Positions 17,491 to 24,346 of a stretch of 39,207 nt of DNA are shown piece after piece. The stretch is from Candidatus Moraniibacteriota bacterium (GTDB taxonomy: Bacteria > Patescibacteriota > Minisyncoccia > Moranbacterales > UBA2206): assembly GCA_026396205.1 (NCBI GenBank), contig JAPLXF010000058.1:1-39207 (forward strand), written 5' to 3'. Below the pieces are notes generated by a model that had not been told where the DNA came from, ran no database searches, and was given only the letters and a program-made list of their open reading frames with translations. The position numbers and the translations under genes were made by a program. Position 1 is the stretch's first letter, and every line of letters starts with the position of its first letter.

Positions 17491-18853
17491 ACATGGCTAC
17501 CGGCCGCAGTTCTTCTTCCATATCGCGGATATTAAAAACCACCAGCGAATTGTTGACTCGAATATTGGTCGGCTGATTGAGGAAGCCGGAGAAAATTCCT
17601 TCAGTGTATTTTTCCAAGCGCGTGGCTAAATCTTCCGCACCTTCCATATTCCGCAAAACTTGGTATAAATCAGTCATCGTCGGAAAAGCTTCGGCCGTGA
17701 GCGTATTAAAATTAGTCTGCTCGGTAATGTCGCGAATGGCATAAGTTTCATGGACGGCCTTGTCCAAAACGGAATCTTCTTCGGGAGTGATATTGCCCAG
17801 CATAATATGCAAAAGTCCCAGCAAACTGGCGATATTATTGCGCAAAATATCGGCCGGCTCTTCATCTTCCCGCACCTTGGGCAGGTCGAAGGGATTGATA
17901 TGATGCGGCGAAGTCAGGGAAATCTTGATAAAAGTGCCATTGACCGTTTCACAGAGATGCTTGTATTCATTTTCCGGATCGATAATAATCACTTCCGTTC
18001 CCAGCATCAAAGAGCGGAGCGTTTCCAATTTAATAGTATAGCTTTTACCGGCGCCGGACTTGGCGAAAACGACCATATTGGCATTTTCCATTTTGAAACG
18101 GTCGAAAATAATCAAGCTGTTATTGTGGCGGTTGATGCCGTAGAGAATACCTTCGTCATTGGAAAGGGTGGAAGAAACAAAAGGAAAAGTCGTGGACAGC
18201 GGAGCCGAATTCATATTGGTTCCCACATCCAGTTCGTCGTTGGCCAGCGGAATCGCCGAATTGAAGCCTTGTTCGGATTTGAAAACCGCCGGTTTGACAT
18301 AAACCAACTGGGCTTCCAAAATAGCTTCAATCGATTTGGAAATTTTATCCAGCTCTTTTTCGTCTCCGGCGTAAATAGTTACATACAGCCCGAAGCGGAA
18401 AAATTTCTCCGTTCCCTGCTGAAGCTTGTCGCGCAGTTCTTCAATGTCCGTAGCGGCTGTTTCCAGCGCCGGGTCGCGAATTTTGCCGCCGGCCTCTTCA
18501 ATGTGCAGCTGGGATTGGACTTGGGTGGCGCTTTTGCGGAGCGTTTTCAGAATATCATTGGTGTCGATCGGATGGATAAACATGGAAATATCCAGCGGCA
18601 GGTCAATGTTGATAATCGGAGAAAACCAGTTGCTGTGGAGATAGCGCGGATAAGCAATGACGAAAAGCGTCTGCGCCAAAGTTTCGCCGACGCGGATATA
18701 GCGCGGGGCGACTTTAATGGCAGAGGGCGCGATTAAATCAGCCAACTTGGCGACGCCCTCTTGGTAATAGCGCTCGCTTCTTAAGACTTCGTCTTTTTCT
18801 TCCGGACGCAGAGTCTCGCCCTTTTTCTTTTTTATTTTGAGAAAATCCAACAT
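17327..18853 (-). CDS. VirB4 segment 3 (N-domain, Walker A)
   Basis: Motifs: APRYIRVGETLAQTLFVIAYPRYL, Walker A VVFAKSGAGKSYT, and EVIIIDPENEYKHL. The sequence after ..EELRPVAMYVV (about 17490) reads as nonsense. Confidence 0.85.
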   Translation of the reverse strand: MLDFLKIKKKKGETLRPEEKDEVLRSERYYQEGVAKLADLIAPSAIKVAPRYIRVGETLAQTLFVIAYPRYLHSNWFSPIINIDLPLDISMFIHPIDTNDILKTLRKSATQVQSQLHIEEAGGKIRDPALETAATDIEELRDKLQQGTEKFFRFGLYVTIYAGDEKELDKISKSIEAILEAQLVYVKPAVFKSEQGFNSAIPLANDELDVGTNMNSAPLSTTFPFVSSTLSNDEGILYGINRHNNSLIIFDRFKMENANMVVFAKSGAGKSYTIKLETLRSLMLGTEVIIIDPENEYKHLCETVNGTFIKISLTSPHHINPFDLPKVREDEEPADILRNNIASLLGLLHIMLGNITPEEDSVLDKAVHETYAIRDITEQTNFNTLTAEAFPTMTDLYQVLRNMEGAEDLATRLEKYTEGIFSGFLNQPTNIRVNNSLVVFNIRDMEEELRPVAMYVVYVRHCQTLPEILHRPDDYYARYQRLFGFPLRQTDCYQFVYTITAQTIAGRH

Positions 18854-18858
18854 ATTTT

Positions 18859-19148
18859 TTAGCGGATATCCATTTGCTCCACCATCCCTAAATCGCTGTG
18901 TTCGAAAATTTGCGGGTTATAGGAAGTGTAAAGCAGTTCGATAATTTCTTGGGTTTTGAGCATAGTCAAGCGGAGCCCCATGCCGGAAAGTCCGGCGACA
19001 ATATGGTCCACTCTTTGCAATAGCTGGTTGCGGTAAGTTTCAAAATTAGTTCTTTTTTCCAAAATGTCCTTACGGGGATTAACTAAACTGAAAACATTGC
19101 GGAAAAAACCTTTTTCTTTGTTTTCAATGGGAGAAAAAGGAACAGTAA
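18859..19148 (-). CDS. VirB4 segment 2
   Basis: This frame is open from 19236 and contains no ATG. The ORF track lists only 18859..19062, from a TTG. It reads ..YITVPFSPIENKEKGFFRNVFSLVNPRKDILEKRTNFETYRNQLLQRVDHIVAGLSGMGL..MDIR and ends at a TAA. The upstream boundary is approximate. Confidence 0.45.
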
Positions 19149-19393
19149 TGTAAGATGAGAATTTGCAGGGGGAAATCCAGAGAATTAAGGAAATTTTGGT
19201 AGCCGTTGATGATGGCTTCCTGCTCTTGGGTGGATTTCAAATCGTAATTGATGGCCGAAACGGCAATAATGGCGCGGATGGCCCCACTTTTCAGCACCAC
19301 GATATCTTCCTTAATTTCCAGCACATCCAAAAACTGCTGGGTGGTAGCGCTCCCGGTTTTTTTGGCTAATTTGGTTGAATACAGAGGCTCCAT
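19124..19393 (-). CDS. VirB4 segment 1 (N-terminal)
   Basis: Reads MEPLY..TTQQFLDVLEIKEDIVVLKSGAIRAIIAVSAINYDLKSTQEQEAIINGYQNFLNSLDFPLQILI. From memory this resembles the N-terminus of PrgJ/TcpF/Tn916-Orf16-type VirB4 proteins. The last 9 codons look out of frame. Confidence 0.55.
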   Translation of the reverse strand: MEPLYSTKLAKKTGSATTQQFLDVLEIKEDIVVLKSGAIRAIIAVSAINYDLKSTQEQEAIINGYQNFLNSLDFPLQILILHYCSFFSH

Positions 19394-19516
19394 ACGCGTA
19401 ATTTCTAATATCTAATTTCTAATTTCCAATGAAATTATTAATTTCAAATTTCAAAAATAATTAAACATTATAAATTTCATTGGTAATTGGATATTGGAAA
19501 TTGGTAATTATTAAAT
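19394..19516. repeat. AT-rich 7-nt word arrays arranged as an imperfect palindrome
   Basis: taatttc taatatc taatttc taatttc caatgaaat faces atttcattgg taattgg atattgg aaattgg taatta, with arms of about 37 nt. It lies in the prgI-virB4 spacer. Confidence 0.7.
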
Positions 19517-19909
19517 CTATTTTCCTTGTTCCAACAATTTGGATATTTCGGTTATTTTCGCTTCGCTGATTTTTTTCTGTTCTTTTTTAGCGATTATTTT
19601 TTTTATTATTTTAGCCTTTTGGGCTTTTTCCGGAATTCTTTTCCAGAAATACAATTTAGGCTTGAAAACAAAAACAACGGACGAGGTAATAAAGGAAATC
19701 AGCGGCTGGTTATAGGGGCGGTAGAAGGCGAAAGCCCCGAAAATAGCGGCAATCGGGACGCAGGAGATAAAGAAAGCGCTGACATCCAGCAAGTTCCAAG
19801 TTACCAGCAATACCGCGCCCATACCGAACATCCAGCCTAGCTGTTTGGCAGTTAAAGGCCCAACAATCTTGTCTTCTTTATCAATAAATTGGGGAACATT
19901 GAACAGCAT
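19517..19909 (-). CDS. PrgI-family (VirB3-like) small membrane protein
   Basis: MLFNVPQFIDKEDKIVGPLTAKQLGWMFGMGAVLL plus a second TM is the PrgI-family pattern. It lies directly upstream of virB4. The preferred start is ATG 19909. The ORF-track extension to 19951 is a translation of the heptamer array. Confidence 0.8.
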   Translation of the reverse strand: MLFNVPQFIDKEDKIVGPLTAKQLGWMFGMGAVLLVTWNLLDVSAFFISCVPIAAIFGAFAFYRPYNQPLISFITSSVVFVFKPKLYFWKRIPEKAQKAKIIKKIIAKKEQKKISEAKITEISKLLEQGK

Positions 19910-19951
19910 GGAACATGGAACATGGAACATGGAACATGGAATATGTAACAT
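19893..19951. repeat. tandem heptamer array (GGAACAT)n, plus-strand sense
   Basis: Four perfect ggaacat units (19910..19937), then ggaatat and gtaacat. Two degenerate units lie at 19893..19906. The array contains the prgI start codon. Confidence 0.85.
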
Positions 19952-19965
19952 GTTTCATTTTTTTA

Positions 19966-20334
19966 TTATTTTTTACTTTCAATTAATTTCCAGAGCATAG
20001 CTCCTATTTCATCCAAAAGACTCATAATTTCATCATATTCTTTTTTGCAAATATATTTTTCAGTATGCGAGAAATAAACCAGATATTTAGTTTCTTTCAA
20101 TGAGCCGTAGGAAATTTCCAAAAAATTTCTGTAGGAATTCCGGCTGTTTCTAGCATAGCCTTCTATATAGTTTAGTATAATTGAAAGCGCCGACCTTCTC
20201 AATTGGGAAGTTACTCCATAAATTTCTTCTTTTGGAAAGTTTTTAGTTTCAGAATATATTTTATGGATCACCAAATCCATTTTTATTTTTAAAGCATCAT
20301 GAAATCTTATTTTGTTTTCTGTTTTTTGCTTCAT
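19966..20334 (-). CDS. four-helix-bundle protein (23S rRNA intervening-sequence protein / Avd family)
   Basis: 122 aa. FPKEEIYGVTSQLRRSALSIILNYIEGYARNSRNSYRNFLEISYGSLKETKYLVYFS matches the family signature (sQlrRAa.Si..NIaEG...s..d...fl.ia.GS..E). Confidence 0.85.
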   Translation of the reverse strand: MKQKTENKIRFHDALKIKMDLVIHKIYSETKNFPKEEIYGVTSQLRRSALSIILNYIEGYARNSRNSYRNFLEISYGSLKETKYLVYFSHTEKYICKKEYDEIMSLLDEIGAMLWKLIESKK

Positions 20335-20377
20335 GTTATGTGTTATGTGCTATGTGTTCCATGTTACGTGTTCTATG
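20333..20377. repeat. tandem heptamer array in opposite orientation (ATGTTCC-like)n
   Basis: Units atgttat gtgttat gtgctat gtgttcc atgttac gtgttct atg. It fills the whole spacer between the stop of the 488-aa gene and the start of the four-helix-bundle gene. It is the reverse complement of the 19893..19951 array type. Confidence 0.8.
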
Positions 20378-21839
20378 ATTTCAAATTTACCACATTCCTG
20401 CCCATCTGTCTTTCGGGTTTAGTTGGCAGCTGGACTGGTGGATAGGAATTTTGGCTGGCACCGAAGACCGGTTCAATGCGTGAGGGAGTTTTTTGCATAG
20501 ATTTCAAATCAACAATTCTTTTGCCTCGGGAAATAGGCTCGCCCCGTGGAGGCGTAGCCTCTTTACGGGGTTCGGGGATATCCGGCGGCGGAGTTGGTAT
20601 GGAAACCGGCGGTTTTTGCGCTTGCCCCGTAGCGAACCCGGTTCTGCTACTGGGGGATTGGATAGCGGCTAATTTTTCTTCTATTTCCGAACCCAAGCCC
20701 GTTTCTCCAGTTGTTTTCAGGCGGTTTTTTTCAAAAGGCATTTTTTGCGGGGAAGAAAAACTCAAAGTTCCCAGCGAATCAATTTCATCTTCTTCTTTTT
20801 CTTCTTTTTCCGGCGCCTTAAAAGTCTCCGTCCCAATCGTCTCGCCGCGTGTCCCGCCTTGGCGGGATTTACGCGGCTCCCTGTCGAATGCTCCATATTC
20901 TGCATTATATGTCTGTCCCATTCTACTACTTGGGGCCGCGCCGCGTGGAGGCGTAGCCTCTTTACGCGGTTCTATGCTATGTGTTACGTGCTCCGTATTA
21001 CTTGTTCCATGTTCCATGTTATGTGTTCCATGCTCCATGAAAAAAATCTCCTTCCTATTCTCATCAACCGAAATTGGTGATTTTTCGTCTAGCGCTTTCA
21101 AAACCATGGCCAATTTCCGGCGCTCGTCCTCACTTAATTTAATAGTGTTTTTTTCTTGGAAAAGATAATGGCTGCGCGTCAGCTGGTCATGGTATTCGTA
21201 GCCGAGGTTGAAAGTATAATCGGCAATCCAGTTTTTAACCGAGGGCCGGACCGGATCGGGAAAACTTTTCAGAGTGATTTTGTCATTAGTAATCAATTGT
21301 TCGCCTAACTGGGGATATTTTTTCAGCGCTTCGACGATAGGCAGATTGACTAATTTGGGAATATAAACTTTTTTCTCTAAGACTTCCTTAGTTTCTCCAG
21401 CTTCCTCTTTAGTTAGTTCTTCTTTTTCTCTCATCAAATCGGCAATCCACGGTTCGGTAATTAAAACTTTTTGGTATAATTCTTCTTCAGATATTGGCGG
21501 CGGAGGCGGATTTATGCCCTTCCATTTTTCCAAAATCGGCTGGGCATTGGGAAATTGTTCCGGGAACCGGGCAAAAATTCTTTTGACAATTTCCTTAGCG
21601 ATGCCAAAAGCGGTATAGGAATTAACGCGGACATTATTTTGAATTGCCGCCGGCAAATTTTCTAAGGCAAAATCACCAACAAAAGCCAAACCAACCGAAC
21701 CTGTTATGTTAACGCTTAATTTTGGGTTAATGTTAAAATAAATTAAACTTTTTTTAATTTCTATCATTGGAGTATCTGAAATCGCCAAATTAAATATTTC
21801 CAGTGGTAATTTATTTAATTTTTCTGAAAAAGTAGCCAT
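20373..21839 (-). CDS. hypothetical cytoplasmic protein with repeat-derived, low-complexity C-terminal half
   Basis: 488 aa with no TM or signal peptide. The N-terminal 260 aa look ordered, with a PPPPP linker. The C-terminal half contains MEHGTHNMEHGTSNTEHVTHS (heptamer array) and two EPRKEATPPRG units (hairpin element). Confidence 0.75.
   Translation of the reverse strand: MATFSEKLNKLPLEIFNLAISDTPMIEIKKSLIYFNINPKLSVNITGSVGLAFVGDFALENLPAAIQNNVRVNSYTAFGIAKEIVKRIFARFPEQFPNAQPILEKWKGINPPPPPISEEELYQKVLITEPWIADLMREKEELTKEEAGETKEVLEKKVYIPKLVNLPIVEALKKYPQLGEQLITNDKITLKSFPDPVRPSVKNWIADYTFNLGYEYHDQLTRSHYLFQEKNTIKLSEDERRKLAMVLKALDEKSPISVDENRKEIFFMEHGTHNMEHGTSNTEHVTHSIEPRKEATPPRGAAPSSRMGQTYNAEYGAFDREPRKSRQGGTRGETIGTETFKAPEKEEKEEDEIDSLGTLSFSSPQKMPFEKNRLKTTGETGLGSEIEEKLAAIQSPSSRTGFATGQAQKPPVSIPTPPPDIPEPRKEATPPRGEPISRGKRIVDLKSMQKTPSRIEPVFGASQNSYPPVQLPTKPERQMGRNVVNLKS
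20542..20570. repeat. CCCCGTGG...TTTACGGGG hairpin element, copy 2 (inside CDS)
   Basis: The sequence is ccccgtggaggcgtagcctctttacgggg. On the minus strand it is translated as PRKEATPPRG. Confidence 0.7.
20941..21039. repeat. composite: hairpin element copy 3 (20941..20969) plus 10-unit heptamer array (20970..21039), inside CDS
   Basis: ccgcgtggaggcgtagcctctttacgcgg carries a compensatory C-G to G-C swap in the outer stem relative to copy 2. It is followed by ttctatg ctatgtg ttacgtg ctccgta ttacttg ttccatg ttccatg ttatgtg ttccatg ctccatg. With my boundaries the composite is 99 nt, or 33 codons. Confidence 0.7.
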
Positions 21840-21844
21840 TGTAT

Positions 21845-24208
21845 TTATAAATTTTTAAGAACATCATTATCATTTATATATTGTTGATGTCTTGGATCAC
21901 CTTTCATAACATTAATAATGTCACGTTGAATAGTCGTATTTTTCATTCTAGGCATTATTTCTCTTATTTGGCCATTCGATAAATTATCAGACCACTTTTG
22001 CCTCATTGCGGGAGTAACGCCAATAGTTTTGCCGCCCGAAAATCTTCGCAGAGTATCCGGGTTGCCATCTTTAATTATTTCATCCTGCATACTATCTCCT
22101 GCAGCACTTTCTGCAAATGCTCCAAACTTGCCTGTCATAGCTGTGTAAGATTTTTGTATGTCGCGGTGTATAGAGTTAGAAGAATCCTTGAATTTATAAT
22201 CTCTAGTTAGTGGATCAATGTAGTCGGCAATTTCTCCTGTAACTTTTTTAACAGTGTCTTTATATTTCTTCCTAACTTTTTCCCAATCAGGAGCCTTGAC
22301 AATGCCTTCCTCAGAAGCAATTCGCATCGTTTCTAGATTGCCAATAGAGTGCTCATTTTGTTTATTAACATCATATTGATTGCTATTGACAAAAGATCTT
22401 ATAGCTTGATCTCTCTTTGCCGGATCTAAATGATCAAAAGCGGCGGCAGTATCATTAATTTTCAGTTTATTATTAATTCGAGAAAATACTTGCGAGTTAT
22501 CACCAAAGGCTTTTCGCATCTTTTGATAATAAGTATCATCCGTATCAGGAACCCAATTGCCAGCAGCATTCTTTTTATATCTATTTAAGGATCCCTTATC
22601 AGCTAAAGCGATTAATCCAGCAGAGTAAACATCTTTATTACCACTGGCCATTAAGCTTCTAATATCAGGTTCAGCCATATCTTTCATATTGTAGCGTTCA
22701 TATTCTCCCTCTACCCTTTTAAGCTGATCTTTTTGAAATCTATTTCTAGCATCCATAACACCCCTCCAACCAGGAGCAATTTTTGAACGGGCCCAATCCT
22801 GTCGACTACCGGTCCATGTTCCCATCCGATTGGCCCAACCTTCAGTGGTGGTTTCATCTCTTCTTTTGCGGTAGGCTTTCCAGCCTCGGTGGGCGAAACT
22901 AAGTCCGGAAGCCCATTTGCCGAATTGTTTGGCGCGTCTTTTAACGGTTTCAGCTCCGGCAATACTCATTGATTGGGCAAAACCGATGCCGATCCAAAGA
23001 ATAACGATCGGAATAGCATAGAAAGTGAAAGCGCCAATTACATTAGAAGCAGTATAAGGATCCGTAGTAAATTTATGACCAGTGCTGCCCCATGTGGCAC
23101 CTATTTTTTGCATCATCGAAGTGGCGACATAAAGCATAAAGATCTGAATCGGTCCGAAAAAAGAATACTTAAAAAGATAGTCCCAAAACTGACCGACTTT
23201 CAAAGCCTTTTCTGATTTAGAGGAAGGAATAATAGCGCCGACAAAAGCCACCGGAGAAAAGATGATGAGAATAGTCAGTACAATGGTTCGAATGACTAAA
23301 AGTATAGAAATGGAAAGTAGGGTAATCATAAAAATGAAGAAAAAAATCACCAGCATAATTAAATAAGAAGTATCCGCCTTCCCCGGTACAATATTTTTGA
23401 TTATGTCTCCTAAGCCCGCATCTCTAGCCATGGAAGAAGCAAAACTGTTTATGTCAGTACTTTTTACAAGAAGAGTGTTGATAAGCGTGTACATCAAAAC
23501 ATTAGAAAAATCAATAATTACCCGGACAATGGGATAGCTGAAATTAACCAAAAGCGCCATTATGATAGTTCGGAAAAGAATGCTCCGAAAGCTGTATTTT
23601 TCCACTTGGAAAATAGTGGCAAAAGCGCAAAAAAGCAAAACCAGAATAAAAGCCAAATTGAGAAAATCGCGGACTTGTGACCAAATAGTGTAATTAATTC
23701 GATTATCCATTATATTTCTAACCATTTCCGGATTAACAATTGCGCTAAATAATGCTCCTGCCAAATCTAGAAATTGACTCTCGGCTTTAAGTACGGATAA
23801 GAGAGAGCAATCAACCGGATGCAAAAGCCAGACGCTCCATTCACCTATCACGCCTTCGCAAATTTTTACATCATTACTATTTGTTCCTGTTTGAGTTTCA
23901 TAAGATGTTTTTGTTTCTATCCCATTGGTTTTTGTGTCTCCTAAAGTTCCAGATGTATAAAATTTTCCAGGTTCATATTCTGTTTCTGTACATTTTTTAG
24001 AACAAGAAGCATCATCAGCAAAATCTCCTGGTATGGTTTGTGTTATAAATTCAGTTGGTTTATTGCCGCCAAGTACAATTTTTTTACACATGCAAGATTT
24101 TGCTTCTGCTTTTTCCGCCTTTCCCAAAAACAAAAAACACGCCGCGGTTAAAAATAAAAACAGCAGAAGCGATTGGGAAAGTTTGGATTTTTTACAGATA
24201 ATATGCAT
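21845..24208 (-). CDS. VirB6/TrbL/TcpH-like polytopic membrane protein with Cys-rich N-terminal ectodomain and large C-terminal soluble domain
   Basis: Signal/TM segment, then a Cys-rich segment (KSCMCKK..SCSKKCTE), at least 7 TM helices (residues about 150-470), and a 330-aa W/R/K-rich tail. This is the size and architecture of Gram-positive VirB6 analogues, and it sits in a virB4 neighbourhood. The preferred start is ATG 24208 (MHIICKK), because upstream codons lie in a repeat. Confidence 0.5.
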   Translation of the reverse strand: MHIICKKSKLSQSLLLFLFLTAACFLFLGKAEKAEAKSCMCKKIVLGGNKPTEFITQTIPGDFADDASCSKKCTETEYEPGKFYTSGTLGDTKTNGIETKTSYETQTGTNSNDVKICEGVIGEWSVWLLHPVDCSLLSVLKAESQFLDLAGALFSAIVNPEMVRNIMDNRINYTIWSQVRDFLNLAFILVLLFCAFATIFQVEKYSFRSILFRTIIMALLVNFSYPIVRVIIDFSNVLMYTLINTLLVKSTDINSFASSMARDAGLGDIIKNIVPGKADTSYLIMLVIFFFIFMITLLSISILLVIRTIVLTILIIFSPVAFVGAIIPSSKSEKALKVGQFWDYLFKYSFFGPIQIFMLYVATSMMQKIGATWGSTGHKFTTDPYTASNVIGAFTFYAIPIVILWIGIGFAQSMSIAGAETVKRRAKQFGKWASGLSFAHRGWKAYRKRRDETTTEGWANRMGTWTGSRQDWARSKIAPGWRGVMDARNRFQKDQLKRVEGEYERYNMKDMAEPDIRSLMASGNKDVYSAGLIALADKGSLNRYKKNAAGNWVPDTDDTYYQKMRKAFGDNSQVFSRINNKLKINDTAAAFDHLDPAKRDQAIRSFVNSNQYDVNKQNEHSIGNLETMRIASEEGIVKAPDWEKVRKKYKDTVKKVTGEIADYIDPLTRDYKFKDSSNSIHRDIQKSYTAMTGKFGAFAESAAGDSMQDEIIKDGNPDTLRRFSGGKTIGVTPAMRQKWSDNLSNGQIREIMPRMKNTTIQRDIINVMKGDPRHQQYINDNDVLKNL

Positions 24209-24218
24209 TTTGTATATT

Positions 24219-24341
24219 GTCATTCCGCACCCCAAGTCATACGACGGGGTAAACTTGATGCGGAATCTAGTAAATAAAACAAAATTATTGGACTGGATCC
24301 CGGATCAGGTCCGGGATGACATTTGTGTAGCTCGGGATGAC
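24219..24341. repeat. dual-hairpin MITE-like element, copy C (extended)
   Basis: The sequence is gtcattccgcacccc...ggggtaaacttgatgcggaatctag...ggactggatcccggatcaggtccgggatgac, plus an extra half-site ctcgggatgac. The ORF-track entry 24033..24389 (WIPDQVRDD) is its artefact. Confidence 0.75.
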
Positions 24342-24346
24342 AACAT

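Larger units (their letters stand above)
17098..19393 (-). pseudogene. virB4: VirB4/TrbE-type T4SS ATPase locus, disrupted into four reading-frame segments
   Basis: The four consecutive segments total 765 codons, about the size of a Gram-positive-type VirB4. There are frame changes near 19150, 18856 and 17480. Walker A and the C-terminal RK..TQD motifs are present, but Walker B (DEAW) was not found. Confidence 0.6.

Noticed and set aside
17750-18736. Long plus-strand ORFs opposite the cluster genes. Examples: 328 aa at 17750..18736, 218 aa at 10899..11555, 230 aa at 20476..21168 and 177 aa at 11598..12131.
   Set aside because: They are antisense shadows of motif-rich minus-strand genes. Their translations are low-complexity or Arg/Gly/Phe-rich with no recognisable motifs, no start context, and complete overlap with better genes.
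17098-19393. Alternative genetic code (UGA read as an amino acid) as the explanation for the broken virB4.
   Set aside because: Only one of the breaks ends in TGA. Reading through it hits a TAA within about 17 codons. The other breaks involve a TAA and a frame change. All other genes give full-length conserved proteins with the standard code.
19966-20334. Diversity-generating retroelement, because the four-helix-bundle protein belongs to the Avd family.
   Set aside because: No reverse transcriptase ORF is present, and I could see no template/variable repeat pair of about 100 nt in the window. I kept it only as something to check genome-wide.
19893-21039. Possibility that the heptamer arrays are a CRISPR array.
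   Set aside because: The units are 7 nt and directly tandem, with no spacers. No cas genes are present.
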